A DNA stretch of 64,000 bases from an uncultured bacterium (GTDB lineage Bacteria > Babelota > Babeliae > Babelales > Babelaceae): NCBI GenBank assembly GCA_963717435.1, contig OY970332.1, positions 640,001 to 704,000 on the forward strand. The letters are read 5' to 3'. The notes below the pieces were generated by a model that worked only from the letters and a program-made list of their open reading frames with translations, did no database searches and had not been told where the DNA came from. The position numbers and the translations under genes are program-made. Below, piece after piece: positions 29,992 through 40,520 of the stretch (positions within the stretch are counted from its first letter, which is position 1; the number at the start of each line of letters is the position of its first letter).

Positions 29992-30648
29992 ATGAATATT
30001 ATAACAACCGCCCTTGTGAAGGGTTTGGCTTTTGGCATTACGATGTCTGTGATACCAGGGCCAATTTTCTTTTTGATAGTTCAAAGAACTTTGTCTGAGG
30101 GTGCCGCAACTGGAATACTTTGCGCGCTTGGATCTGTCACTGCCGATGCAGCGTATGCTATTATTGCTGCAATTGGGCTAACATTTATAATGCAGTTTCT
30201 TTTAAGCTATCAAGCTTTGCTATCTGTTATCGGTGGACTGTTTTTAATTTATCTTGGTCTTGTGACTTTTTTTCAAAAGCCATCTGTCAATCACGTTAAT
30301 ATTAATAATAGTGACACAAGACTTATTTCTGCTTACTTTTCTACTTTCTTTTTGACTATAGCAAACCCAGTAACAGTTCTTTCTTATTGTGTGATGTTCG
30401 CGGGTCTTGGTGTAGAGTCTATACATCAGAATTTTTCAGCAGCGCTTGCTCTTGTTTTTGGTGTAGTTACCGGCGCCATGATCGTCATGTCTTTGCTTAT
30501 ATTTTTTTTAAGAAGATTCAAAAAGCAGCTTTCTGATAGAGCTTTGATTTTGATCTGCCAATTTGCTGGCATTGTTCTTGCCTGCTTCGGCCTTGCAGCA
30601 TTATTTGGCGGGGCAATTTCTTCATATTACACAAGCTGTAAAATTTGA
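29992..30648 (+). CDS. LysE/RhtB family exporter
   Basis: PGP...G...G...AD, 'FFLTIANP'. Confidence 0.9.
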   Translation: MNIITTALVKGLAFGITMSVIPGPIFFLIVQRTLSEGAATGILCALGSVTADAAYAIIAAIGLTFIMQFLLSYQALLSVIGGLFLIYLGLVTFFQKPSVNHVNINNSDTRLISAYFSTFFLTIANPVTVLSYCVMFAGLGVESIHQNFSAALALVFGVVTGAMIVMSLLIFFLRRFKKQLSDRALILICQFAGIVLACFGLAALFGGAISSYYTSCKI

Positions 30649-30764
30649 TTGCTTAAATATAAGTCAGCTTTACAAAAACAGTATAAATTGGCATCTTTAA
30701 TACTTATCAAAGGTGTTTTTCGTGTTTTTAAAAATTTAATAACTTTATAATGTAAAGGGTAATC

Positions 30765-32738
30765 ATGACAACCAGCTACCAGATTTTAATGGCGGCCGGA
30801 GCCTCATTAGTAGGCTTAGCAGTGGTACTATATCTTTTTTATAGTATAAGAAAGCATTCTGTAGATAATAAAAAAGCGGCACATATAGCTAACGCTATAA
30901 AAATTGGTGCCATGACTTTTTTGAAAGAAGAATACAAAGTTATAGCATTAGTGGTATTAGTTGTTGGCGCGTTACTTACTTATGTAGGTGGTTTGTTGGC
31001 AGCACTATGCTTTTTGTTCGGATCGGTACTATCGCTACTTACCGGCTATATAGGCATGGTTGCAGCAACTGATGCTAACGTCAGAACAACGTTGGCAGCA
31101 AAAGACAGAGGCGAACATGCAGCCTTCATGACAGCTTTCTTTGGTGGAGGCGTTATGGGGTTTGCAGTTGCAACCTGTGGTCTATTTGGGCTCGGTCTTA
31201 TGATGCATCTGTTTGTGCAAGATCCACAATTTATCAAACTTCTTTCAAGTTTTGCATTTGGTGCTTCTTTGGTAGCATTTTTTGCAAGAGTTGGTGGCGG
31301 AATTTACACAAAATCTGCTGACGTTGGTGCCGATTTAGTGGGCAAACTTGAAGCTGGAATTCCGGAAGATGATCCAAGAAATCCTGCAGTTATAGCAGAT
31401 AACGTTGGTGACTGTGTCGGTGACACAGCTGGTATGGGGGCAGATATTTATGAATCTTATGTTGGCGCAACTGTAGCGGCTATAGTTTTAGCTTACACTT
31501 CTTATCCAGGAAATATGCTCTATATAGCGTTCCCATTGGTGTTATCTGTTTTTGGTATGGCAGGGTCTTTAGTTGCACTCTTTTCAAATTCGATAATAAA
31601 AAGAACACCTGCTGCTATGTTGCGTAACGCTACATATGTAGCAATTGCTGTATTTTTGGGACTCTCATATTGGTATATTAACTATACAGGAATAGAATTT
31701 ATATTCTTCTGGTCGCTATTACTTGGTTGTATATCAGGAATAGTTGTTGGTGCAATTACAGAATATTACACTGGTAGCACCCCGATCAGAAAACTAGCAG
31801 AAAGTTCCCGTTCAGGCGCTGCAACAAATTTGATTTACGGTCTTTCATTGGGAATGGAATCTACTGTATTGCCAGTTTTAATTCTTGCTTTTGTAGTGTG
31901 GATCGCATTCTTGTTTGGCGGCGGACTGTTTGGAGTTTCACTTTCAGCAGTTGCCATGCTATCTACTGTTGCAATAACAATGACAGTGGACGGTTTTGGT
32001 CCAATCGCTGACAATGCTGGTGGAATTTCTGAGATGGCCGAATTTGATCCTAAAGTCAGAAAAATTACAGATAAATTGGACGCACTTGGAAATACAACTG
32101 CGGCAATGGGCAAGGGCTTTGCAATAGGTTCAGCGCTTTTAGCGGCACTTGGAATATTTTCGGCTTATGCAGAAGAATCCGCTGTTGGTGTTTTAAATTT
32201 AGCTTCTCCTGAAATTTTGGTTGGAGTATTTATTGGCGCAACAATGCCATTCATGATCGCATCTTTGACAATGAGATCAGTAGGTGACGCTGCGCTTAAG
32301 ATGGTAATCGAAGTTCGCCGTCAGTTTAAAGAGATCCCGGGCCTTATGGAAGGCACAGGCTCTCCAGACTACGAACGTTGTATTGCAATAAGTACAAAAG
32401 CAGCTCTTCAAGAAATGATCTTGCCTGGCATTATAACTGTAGCAATGCCTGTGTCTGTATTTTATCTTATAGGCAAAGCTGCTCTTGGAGGTCTTTTAGT
32501 TGGATCAACAGTTGTCGGGGTTCTACTGGCACTTATGATGGCAAATGGTGGCGGTGCTTGGGATAACGCAAAGAAATATATAGAAGCCGGTCATCTTGGC
32601 GGCAAAGGCTCGGATGCTCATAAGGCAGCCGTTGTAGGCGATACAGTTGGTGATCCATTCAAGGATACATCAGGTCCTGCCCTTAATATTTTAATTAAGT
32701 TGATGTCCATAATATCTCTACTTCTTGCTAGTTTGTAA
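30765..32738 (+). CDS. hppA: Membrane-bound ion-translocating pyrophosphatase (K+-dependent, probably Na+-pumping)
   Basis: [49 protein letters not shown]. Confidence 0.96.
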   Translation: MTTSYQILMAAGASLVGLAVVLYLFYSIRKHSVDNKKAAHIANAIKIGAMTFLKEEYKVIALVVLVVGALLTYVGGLLAALCFLFGSVLSLLTGYIGMVAATDANVRTTLAAKDRGEHAAFMTAFFGGGVMGFAVATCGLFGLGLMMHLFVQDPQFIKLLSSFAFGASLVAFFARVGGGIYTKSADVGADLVGKLEAGIPEDDPRNPAVIADNVGDCVGDTAGMGADIYESYVGATVAAIVLAYTSYPGNMLYIAFPLVLSVFGMAGSLVALFSNSIIKRTPAAMLRNATYVAIAVFLGLSYWYINYTGIEFIFFWSLLLGCISGIVVGAITEYYTGSTPIRKLAESSRSGAATNLIYGLSLGMESTVLPVLILAFVVWIAFLFGGGLFGVSLSAVAMLSTVAITMTVDGFGPIADNAGGISEMAEFDPKVRKITDKLDALGNTTAAMGKGFAIGSALLAALGIFSAYAEESAVGVLNLASPEILVGVFIGATMPFMIASLTMRSVGDAALKMVIEVRRQFKEIPGLMEGTGSPDYERCIAISTKAALQEMILPGIITVAMPVSVFYLIGKAALGGLLVGSTVVGVLLALMMANGGGAWDNAKKYIEAGHLGGKGSDAHKAAVVGDTVGDPFKDTSGPALNILIKLMSIISLLLASL

Positions 32739-32748
32739 TCGATAACCG

Positions 32749-32775
32749 AGGGCGCCCAATTTGGGCGCCCTTTTT
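32749..32775 (+). terminator. Intrinsic terminator
   Basis: AGGGCGCCCA-att-TGGGCGCCCT followed by TTTT. Confidence 0.88.
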
Positions 32776-33162
32776 GTTTGTTTGTTTTTAAATTTTATTT
32801 TGTGATCTTCTTATTAAATTATATTTATTGCTAAATTTTGTTTTAAAAATATTTTCCAGAGCGATAATAAATAATCAAATTTCTTATTTACATCGAACCA
32901 AAAAGTATTATCGTAACTTTTTTTAAAAAAATATTTATTCCCATTTTGCAATTATCTTCTATTTTTATAATTAAAATTTCAAGAATGATTTTAAGAAAAA
33001 AATTTCCTAAAAATTGTTGATATCATGCAGTTAAGTTGCTAAAGTAAATGCAACGAGATAAAAGTTAATAATATTCTGATTGAAACGATTTTGTAGAAAG
33101 AATGTGGGCCTTTGCTCACATTCTTTTTCTCATTAGAGTTTTATTTATTGCAAAGGGGTAGT

Positions 33163-35664
33163 ATGAAGGAATTAGAATTTGCAAATGACGTGGGCATGTC
33201 ATTAAGTATTTCAGATAGTGGAATTTCTGGTGAGCAGAATTCTATTACTTTGATTAAAAGAGATGGTCGCATGGTTCCCCTGGACCATCAAAAACTGAAG
33301 TCTACAATTTCTAGAATAGCAAAAGATTTGTTGGATGTTTCAGTTGAAGATGTAGAGAAAGAGATTTTTAGAAATTTACAAGATGGGATGCAAACTAAAG
33401 ACTTTGATAAACTTTTTGTTCTTGTAGCATCTGGATTTATCGAACGCTCCCCTGAGTATAATGTTTTATCAACAAGATTTTTAAAACAAAGACTTTATAA
33501 AGAAGTTTTTGGTAAATCTGTTTCTGAACAAAATTTTGCTCAACTTTATCGTGAAACTTTTATTACAAATTTAACAATTGGCGTTGTTCAAGATTATTTT
33601 GATAAGCGTTTGTTAGATTACGATCTGGAATTTATATCACAAAATTTGAAGCCTGAGTGCGACGAGCTTTTCGGCTTTATGGGACTCCATACTCTTTATG
33701 AGAGATATTTCTTAAAGATCGACGGCAGACGTCTGGAAACACCCCAAGCATTTTGGATGAGAATCGCGATGGGATTAGCACTTAACGAAAAAAATCCACA
33801 AGAGCATGTGTTAGAATTTTATGAAATTTTATCAACATTAAGATATGTTCCATCAACTCCGACGTTGTTCCATTCAGGAATGAAAATTCCACAACTTAGT
33901 TCATGTTTCTTATCAACAGTTACAGACGATCTGTCCCACATTTTTAAATGTATTGGCGACAATGCTCAGCTTGCAAAGTGGGCCGGCGGACTTGGAACTG
34001 ATTGGACAGGAATTAGAGCAACCGGTTCTTTTATAAAGGGCATCAAAGCTACAAGTCAGGGCGTTGTTCCATTTTTGAAAATAGCAAATGACGTTGTTGT
34101 TGCTATTACAAAAAGTGGCATACGTCGCGGGGGAACATGTGCATACTTAGAAGCATGGCACCTTGATATTGAGCTGTTCTTAGATTTAAGAAGAAATACT
34201 GGTGATGAAAGAATGCGTACCCATGACATGAATACTGCAAGCTGGATCCCAGATCTATTTATGAAACGTGTTCTTGTTGACAAAGATTGGACATTGTTTT
34301 CTCCGGACGAAGTGCCAGATCTTCATGAATTATTTGGAAAAGCTTTTGAAGAACGTTATGAGCATTATGAAAAGCTTGCACATGAAGGGAAAATGCGTCA
34401 ATACAAAACAATAAGTGCAAAGGCACTTTGGCGCAAGATGTTAACAAGATTATTTGAAACTGGTCATCCATGGTTAACTTTCAAAGATCCATGCAACGTT
34501 AGATCTCCACAAGATCATGTCGGTGTTGTTCATAGTTCAAATTTGTGCACAGAGATAACTCTTAACACAAGTGCTTCTGAAACTGCTGTATGTAATTTGG
34601 GCTCTATAAATTTTGAGCGACATGTTATGGATGGCAAGCTCAACGAAGAGCTTTTGAAAGATACTGTAAAAAAAGCAATAAGAATGCTTGATAATGTAAT
34701 CGATCTTAATTTTTATCCGACCCAAGAGGCTAAAAACTCAAACTATAAGCACAGGCCAATTGGTCTTGGTGTGATGGGCTTTCAAGATTTATTATTTAAG
34801 CTCGATATTCCGTTTACATCAGAAGACGCTTTAATTGCAGCTGATTTACTTGGCGAGAAAGTTTCTTATTATGCAATATCAGCTTCATGTGAACTTGCTG
34901 CCGAAAAGGGCGCATATGAAAGCTATAAGGGCTCTAAATGGGATCGTGGTATATTTCCGTTGGATACTGTAGATCTTTTGGAAAAAGAGCGCGGTATGCC
35001 AATCGAAGTTTCAAGAACTTACACTATGGATTGGAATGCACTTAAAGCGAATGTCAAAAAGTATGGCATGAGAAATTCTAATGTAATGGCGATTGCTCCA
35101 ACAGCAACAATTTCTACCATTGCAGGATGCTCACCATGTATTGAGCCTATTTACAAAAATATTTTTGTTGAGTCTAATATCAGTGGCGAATTTGTTATAG
35201 TAAATTCATATCTTGTTGAAGACTTGAAAAAGCGTGGGCTCTGGAACAAATCCACACTTGATAAGTTGAAATATTATGACGGCGATATCTCTATGATTGA
35301 CGGCATAGACTCGCATCTTAAAGAAAAATATAAAACTTCTTTTGATATCCAACCTGAGTGGCTCATGAAGATAACTGCAACAAGAGGTAAGTGGATCGAT
35401 CAAAGCCAGTCGCACAACGTCTTCATGAAAGGTGTTTCAGGAAAGCGTATGGAAGAGGCTTATATGGCTGCATGGAAATATGGCATGAAAACAACTTATT
35501 ATTTTAGAACTTTGGCTGCAACTCAGATTGAAAAATCGACTCTCGATGCGTCAACTTATGGATTTACGCAAAAAAGAGAATATGGTGCAGCTGCCGGTTC
35601 TGTTGGTTCTTCTGGCCCGCAAGCTTGTGGAATTGAAAATCCAGAATGCGAATCTTGCCAGTAG
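33163..35664 (+). CDS. nrdA: Class I ribonucleotide reductase alpha subunit with ATP cone
   Basis: IKRDGR, STPTLF, SNLCTE, APTATIS, KTTYY, C-terminal CESCQ; likely start ATG 33163. Confidence 0.97.
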   Translation: MKELEFANDVGMSLSISDSGISGEQNSITLIKRDGRMVPLDHQKLKSTISRIAKDLLDVSVEDVEKEIFRNLQDGMQTKDFDKLFVLVASGFIERSPEYNVLSTRFLKQRLYKEVFGKSVSEQNFAQLYRETFITNLTIGVVQDYFDKRLLDYDLEFISQNLKPECDELFGFMGLHTLYERYFLKIDGRRLETPQAFWMRIAMGLALNEKNPQEHVLEFYEILSTLRYVPSTPTLFHSGMKIPQLSSCFLSTVTDDLSHIFKCIGDNAQLAKWAGGLGTDWTGIRATGSFIKGIKATSQGVVPFLKIANDVVVAITKSGIRRGGTCAYLEAWHLDIELFLDLRRNTGDERMRTHDMNTASWIPDLFMKRVLVDKDWTLFSPDEVPDLHELFGKAFEERYEHYEKLAHEGKMRQYKTISAKALWRKMLTRLFETGHPWLTFKDPCNVRSPQDHVGVVHSSNLCTEITLNTSASETAVCNLGSINFERHVMDGKLNEELLKDTVKKAIRMLDNVIDLNFYPTQEAKNSNYKHRPIGLGVMGFQDLLFKLDIPFTSEDALIAADLLGEKVSYYAISASCELAAEKGAYESYKGSKWDRGIFPLDTVDLLEKERGMPIEVSRTYTMDWNALKANVKKYGMRNSNVMAIAPTATISTIAGCSPCIEPIYKNIFVESNISGEFVIVNSYLVEDLKKRGLWNKSTLDKLKYYDGDISMIDGIDSHLKEKYKTSFDIQPEWLMKITATRGKWIDQSQSHNVFMKGVSGKRMEEAYMAAWKYGMKTTYYFRTLAATQIEKSTLDASTYGFTQKREYGAAAGSVGSSGPQACGIENPECESCQ

Positions 35665-35758
35665 CGAGTTTCACATTGTAAAGTAAATTTTAAGCACATA
35701 AACAAATAAGCCCGTTATTTTGATTATAAGTAGCGGGCAAAGCAAAAGGGTAAAAAAA

Positions 35759-36772
35759 ATGAGCAAAATTAATAAAAAAACAATAATAAATAATTCAGTA
35801 ACTGATCCAAATAAAATTTTGCCAATGACATATTTGTGGGCAAGACAACACTACAAAGATGGCATAGCGAATAACTGGACCCCTGATGAAATTTCAATGC
35901 AACAGGATATGGAGCAATGGAAATCAAAAGAGGCGTTAAGTGCAGCAGAACGTAAATTGATTTTGTGGAACTTGGGATTTTTTTCAACGGCAGAGTCTTT
36001 AACTGCAAATAATTTAGTGCTTGCTGTTTACAAACATGTAACCAATCCTGAATGCAGACAGTATATTTTGCGTCAAGCTTTTGAAGAGGCCGTTCATACA
36101 GATACATTTATATACTGCTGTGACTCTTTGGGTTTAGAGCCAGATGAAATTTATACAATGTATCAAAATATTGCGTCTATCAAAGCAAAAGATGATTTTG
36201 TTGTGGAAATAACAAAATCCCTTTTTGATCCAAGTTTTGAAACTAAGACGCAGGACGATATTAGAAAATTTCTTCATGATCTTGTAGGCTACTATGTGAT
36301 CATGGAAGGGATTTTTTTCTATGCCGGATTTGCAATGATGCTTGCATTAAAGCGCCAAAATAAGATGGTTGGTGTTGGTCAGCAATTTGAATATATAATG
36401 CGTGATGAAAGTATTCACTTGGCATTCGGTTGCGATTTAATTAACACTATTAAATCAGAAAACCCTGAGATTTGGACACAAGAATTTCAGGACAACGTGG
36501 TGATATTAATCAGACAAGCTGTTGAGCTTGAAAAAAACTATGCAATGGATGCCTGCCCGAGTGGAATTATTGGGATAACGGCAAAGCAGTTCTGTGACTA
36601 TGTTGAGTATATTGCTGATAGAAGACTTGAGCGCCTTGGATTATCAAAAATATATTTGACAGAAAATCCACTACCATGGATGGCTCAATCAACTGATATA
36701 AATAAAAAGAAGAATTTCTTCGAAACCCGTGTTACTGAATATCAAGCAGCTGGTTCTTTAAACTGGGATTAA
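35759..36772 (+). CDS. nrdB: Ribonucleotide reductase beta subunit, class Ic (Mn/Fe, Chlamydia-type)
   Basis: FFSTAESL, EEAVHTDTF, MEGIFFY, RDESIH, NFFETRVTEY. Confidence 0.95.
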   Translation: MSKINKKTIINNSVTDPNKILPMTYLWARQHYKDGIANNWTPDEISMQQDMEQWKSKEALSAAERKLILWNLGFFSTAESLTANNLVLAVYKHVTNPECRQYILRQAFEEAVHTDTFIYCCDSLGLEPDEIYTMYQNIASIKAKDDFVVEITKSLFDPSFETKTQDDIRKFLHDLVGYYVIMEGIFFYAGFAMMLALKRQNKMVGVGQQFEYIMRDESIHLAFGCDLINTIKSENPEIWTQEFQDNVVILIRQAVELEKNYAMDACPSGIIGITAKQFCDYVEYIADRRLERLGLSKIYLTENPLPWMAQSTDINKKKNFFETRVTEYQAAGSLNWD

Positions 36773-36799
36773 TTTTAATTATTTAATTTATAAATAATA

Positions 36800-36832
36800 A
36801 TAATGGGCAAGCTTAATAAGTTTGCCCATTAT
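36800..36832. terminator. Terminator-like hairpin after nrdB
   Basis: ATAATGGGCAAGCTT-aat-AAGTTTGCCCATTAT. Confidence 0.75.
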
Positions 36833-36850
36833 GTTTTAAAACTCAAAATA

Positions 36851-36954
36851 CCGTTCGTCCCCAAGCTTCCCGATTCTCAAGACTACCCAAGACAGGTCGC
36901 TTAAAGCCCGCTCATCCCGAGTGTTTTTTCGCAGAAAAAATGTATCGAGGGGTG
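36851..36954 (+). repeat. Intergenic cluster: truncated A carrying B-within-B, then a complete element A (36908-36954)
   Basis: CCGTTCGTCC-CCAAGCT[TCCCGATTCTCAAGACTACCCAAGACAGG]TCGCTTAAAGC-CCGCTCATCCCGAGTGTTTTTTCGCAGAAAAAATGTATCGAGGGGTG. Confidence 0.8.
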
Positions 36955-36971
36955 TTCAAAATTTTTTTTAA

Positions 36972-37292
36972 CTAGCCGTTCTTATTTCCGTTGCCCTTAC
37001 CACGAGTTTTGCCCGGGTTATTTCTGTCTCGTCTATTATTCTCGTGTCCTGGAAGACCGTGTCCCTTGTTTGTTATTGTTCCTGAGTGATCTTTCGGGTT
37101 TGTGTGCTCGTATGCGCGATGGTTTGAATTTGCGGGATTAATATCTTTCCCGTGATGATTATTATGTTCGTGCTGATGTCCATTATTATTGTTATTATTG
37201 CTGTTATTATCGGTATTATTGTTATTTTCTCGTCCGTAATTATGGCCAACTTTTTTATCAAATTTCATAAACTCTCCGTTTTTGTTATCCAT
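36972..37292 (-). CDS. Low-complexity Asn/His/Gly-rich protein
   Basis: 106-aa ORF overlapping the stop of the upstream gene. Confidence 0.5.
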   Translation of the reverse strand: MDNKNGEFMKFDKKVGHNYGRENNNNTDNNSNNNNNNGHQHEHNNHHGKDINPANSNHRAYEHTNPKDHSGTITNKGHGLPGHENNRRDRNNPGKTRGKGNGNKNG

Positions 37293-37920
37293 TTTTTACT
37301 TCGTCACTTGCTAAATATTTGTCTGCTGCCGCTTTACCCTGTGTTTGCAACCTCTTTCCCAATAGTATATATAAATTAACCCAATTAATTAATAGATTTT
37401 CTAAATTTGTTTTTAGTTCTTCTTGCTCAGCTAATTTTTCACTTGTGCTTAATAAATTTATTTTATTTTTTGCCACTTTTACCTGTTCATCTATATTTAA
37501 TAAAACTGGATTTAATTGCGTAACTTTAAATTGATAAATTGCTTCTTTGGGCTCATATTGCTCTATATTAAATAAGCGTTCTTTAGATTTTGATACAGTT
37601 TCAAATCCGTTAAGCGCCGTTTGGCTCAGATATTTTGGCGTAGAGAATAACTTTTTTATTTCTAATTCTATTTCCAGTGGTAATACCCCACTTGTAACTA
37701 TATAAAACAATTCATCGTTAATATTTTTTAACTTGGTTTTTTCTAAATCAGAAATTCCCAATATATTCTGATTTTTTTCTATAATACCCTTTAACTCAGT
37801 TATTTTTGGCGATAGAGACTTTATTTCTTGGTTTATATCAAATTTTTTATAGCCATCGCATACTACTGAACCAGTAACTGCAAAAGTTAGGGCCGTCAGG
37901 ATCACTAATTTTTTATTCAT
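37285..37920 (-). CDS. Hypothetical secreted helical protein
   Basis: Signal peptide from likely start MNKKLV. Confidence 0.7.
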   Translation of the reverse strand: MNKKLVILTALTFAVTGSVVCDGYKKFDINQEIKSLSPKITELKGIIEKNQNILGISDLEKTKLKNINDELFYIVTSGVLPLEIELEIKKLFSTPKYLSQTALNGFETVSKSKERLFNIEQYEPKEAIYQFKVTQLNPVLLNIDEQVKVAKNKINLLSTSEKLAEQEELKTNLENLLINWVNLYILLGKRLQTQGKAAADKYLASDEVKNG

Positions 37921-38242
37921 AAAACATCCCAATTTTTTAATGGTATTTTTAATCGCACACACATACTACTTACTATAAATCATAATTTAATTTCAGTCTG
38001 AAAATCAACAATTGTCTTATTATTAGTGATTATTTTAGGCTTTTTAACCTGTTTTTGAAGATCATATTATATTGATTATTGCCCGATTTTTGTTGTTTTT
38101 TAATAACTTTATTAATCAACAAATTTGGTGGCCCATTTAATTTGTTTCTAAATTGTTGCTTTTGGGAGTCTGTAATTGCTAATATAAATTATGAATAGGC
38201 TAATTTTGAAATTTAATTATGCGGGTATGGGAGACCAAAAAA

Positions 38243-38716
38243 ATGAATAATAACGGAAATAAGAGATTTTTTTATACACTAGCGTTTGTTTCGATGCTTA
38301 TATCTTCGAGTATTTACTCACTTGTTGTATTCCCGAGTATATCAATCGAAAATAATACAGATTTTGAAATACAAGTTTCTTTTACTCTAGGTGCGACAAA
38401 GAGTGGCAATACCCCGGCACGTGCTACTGTAAAACCGCCTATTCCTGTACGTGGCCCGTCATCGGAAGCCTTTAATTGTAAGAATGTAGGAGAGGCAAGA
38501 AGCTTGATAATCAAAGCTAAAAGTCAAACTAGTACTGATTTAGGACGCTGTGGTGTTAATAATTTAAAAATTACAAGTTCAAATGCGACTTTGTTTGAAG
38601 CAACTGAACCTATATATTTTAATATTCTTGTCAGAGATAAGGGTATTAAAATAAACAAAGAAAATAGCAGATTTAAAGTAGATATTAACGTTGGAAGTAC
38701 TGGTAAGAAAAATTAG
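38243..38716 (+). CDS. Hypothetical secreted beta-rich protein
   Basis: Signal peptide, 'ISIENNT' start of the mature domain, two Cys. Confidence 0.65.
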   Translation: MNNNGNKRFFYTLAFVSMLISSSIYSLVVFPSISIENNTDFEIQVSFTLGATKSGNTPARATVKPPIPVRGPSSEAFNCKNVGEARSLIIKAKSQTSTDLGRCGVNNLKITSSNATLFEATEPIYFNILVRDKGIKINKENSRFKVDINVGSTGKKN

Positions 38717-38744
38717 GTGTTTATAATAATTTTATGGAGGGTTT

Positions 38745-40412
38745 ATGAAAAAGAGTGGTGTTTTTGTCTTAACAATGTTGCTAATTAACTTTGGGAACAT
38801 TTTTTCAGTCAAATATTCTATTACCAACGTCACAAAAGAGAAATTGTACGTGGAAATTTTTTCTGGCGTAGGGGAGCAGGCCCAATCTGTTATACCGGCC
38901 ATAACTACAGCTGGCTTAGCTGCGATTTCTATGCACGATTGTTTAAATGGTTTTTCTATAACTTTAGAATCAGGGCAGTCTTACAGGGTTGATGCTCCAT
39001 GTTGTATAAGTAATATAAAGGTTAGTAGATCAGATAGTTTTGATAAGGTTATTGCAACTAGATACGGGGATTACTGTGCATCAAATGATGTTTACATTCA
39101 TAAGTCTGATATAGATAGTTTTTATTTAGATTCAAATCATGACGCAAGTGATTATGAAAAAAGGACTGCGGGTATTGCGGAAATTTCAAAATCGTCAGCA
39201 GCAGATTTGGCAGTTATGGCCTCACAAATCAAAAGTGGGGTTATAGATTTTAAATTTATAGCCAACAAGCCAGTAGGTACCGGTGGATTAACCGATGCCC
39301 TTATTGAATCTATAAAAAAATCTAATATTGAGGCTAAAGCAAAAGACAAAGAAGGTAATAATTTACTTCAACAATTGATTATAGCAAATCCTGTTTTTGC
39401 AGGAATGGGGCCTGATGTGCTTTCAAATGCTGAGAATTATGTTTCAGCAGGCCTTTTGAAACAAAATAATAAAAATGGGGATAATGCTGTTGCTACAGCA
39501 GCAAAAATTGATAGTAGAGATTGGGCATTGTTTCTGGTTAGGTATCATGGAAATGTTTTAATTTCAAATAATAATAAGCAAACTCCATTACATCTTGCTG
39601 CATTAAAAAATGATATTTACTTGATACAGTTATTCATAAAAGCCGCTACGGTTACTCCAGGCATAAAGGAGCAAGCTATGAATCGGTATATAAATCAACG
39701 TGATTCCTCAGGCAAAACTGCGTTTGATTTGATAACTGATATAAACATATTATCAAGTTTAATTATGGAGCCAATCAGAACCTTGAATTATAAGCCTGAA
39801 ATTACCGATGTAAACAGAGTAGTTTCACAAAATGGAGACACTTATTTAATTGCGGCTTTAAAAAATAATTTATCTAATTTTGCAACCAAATTACTTTCTA
39901 TGGGGGCAGATCCTAATATTAAAAATGGTGACGGTAGGACAGCGATTTTTTATGTCTTAATGAATATTAAATCAGGCGAAGGAATACCTTTGTTAAAATC
40001 ATTAATTGAAAAAAAAGTTGACTTGAATATTGTAGATAAATTTGGAATTACGCCATTAATAGTTGCAACTAACGCAAAAGATATTAAATATATTGATCTT
40101 TTGCTTTCAAATGGAGTCAATATAAATCAGCAGGATGCTGGCTCTAAGTTAATAACTCCAACTATGCGCGTAGAGTCTGTTACACCGCTTTTAATTGCTG
40201 TAAATTCTGGTGATAATAAGCTTGTAAGATATCTAATATCCAAGGGCGCTGATGTAAATTTAAAATATCCAGTTCAATTTGGAAAAAGCAAAGAAAAAGT
40301 GATGGTGAGTTTGGATCAGATAATCGATATAGCTAAAATCAAGGGTGTAAATATTAGGGAGTTAAAACCTAAACAGGAGCCTAAGCAACCAGAGAAGCCA
40401 GCTAATAGTTAG
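38745..40412 (+). CDS. Secreted ankyrin-repeat protein (paralog 1)
   Basis: Signal peptide, Cys-containing N-domain, QTPLHLAA, GITPLIVA, TPLLIAV...GADVN. Confidence 0.9.
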   Translation: MKKSGVFVLTMLLINFGNIFSVKYSITNVTKEKLYVEIFSGVGEQAQSVIPAITTAGLAAISMHDCLNGFSITLESGQSYRVDAPCCISNIKVSRSDSFDKVIATRYGDYCASNDVYIHKSDIDSFYLDSNHDASDYEKRTAGIAEISKSSAADLAVMASQIKSGVIDFKFIANKPVGTGGLTDALIESIKKSNIEAKAKDKEGNNLLQQLIIANPVFAGMGPDVLSNAENYVSAGLLKQNNKNGDNAVATAAKIDSRDWALFLVRYHGNVLISNNNKQTPLHLAALKNDIYLIQLFIKAATVTPGIKEQAMNRYINQRDSSGKTAFDLITDINILSSLIMEPIRTLNYKPEITDVNRVVSQNGDTYLIAALKNNLSNFATKLLSMGADPNIKNGDGRTAIFYVLMNIKSGEGIPLLKSLIEKKVDLNIVDKFGITPLIVATNAKDIKYIDLLLSNGVNINQQDAGSKLITPTMRVESVTPLLIAVNSGDNKLVRYLISKGADVNLKYPVQFGKSKEKVMVSLDQIIDIAKIKGVNIRELKPKQEPKQPEKPANS

Positions 40413-40520
40413 TTTTTTTACGCTATTATTTGGAATTTTAATTGCTTGGCCCAAGCTAAAAAATATAGGGTTTGAAAGAATTAGAAAATTGTGTGCTTAT
40501 AATAATTTTATGGAGGATTT

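Noticed and set aside
32780-33160. NrdR boxes or a riboswitch upstream of nrdA
   Set aside because: No convincing match to the NrdR palindrome or a known riboswitch core by eye
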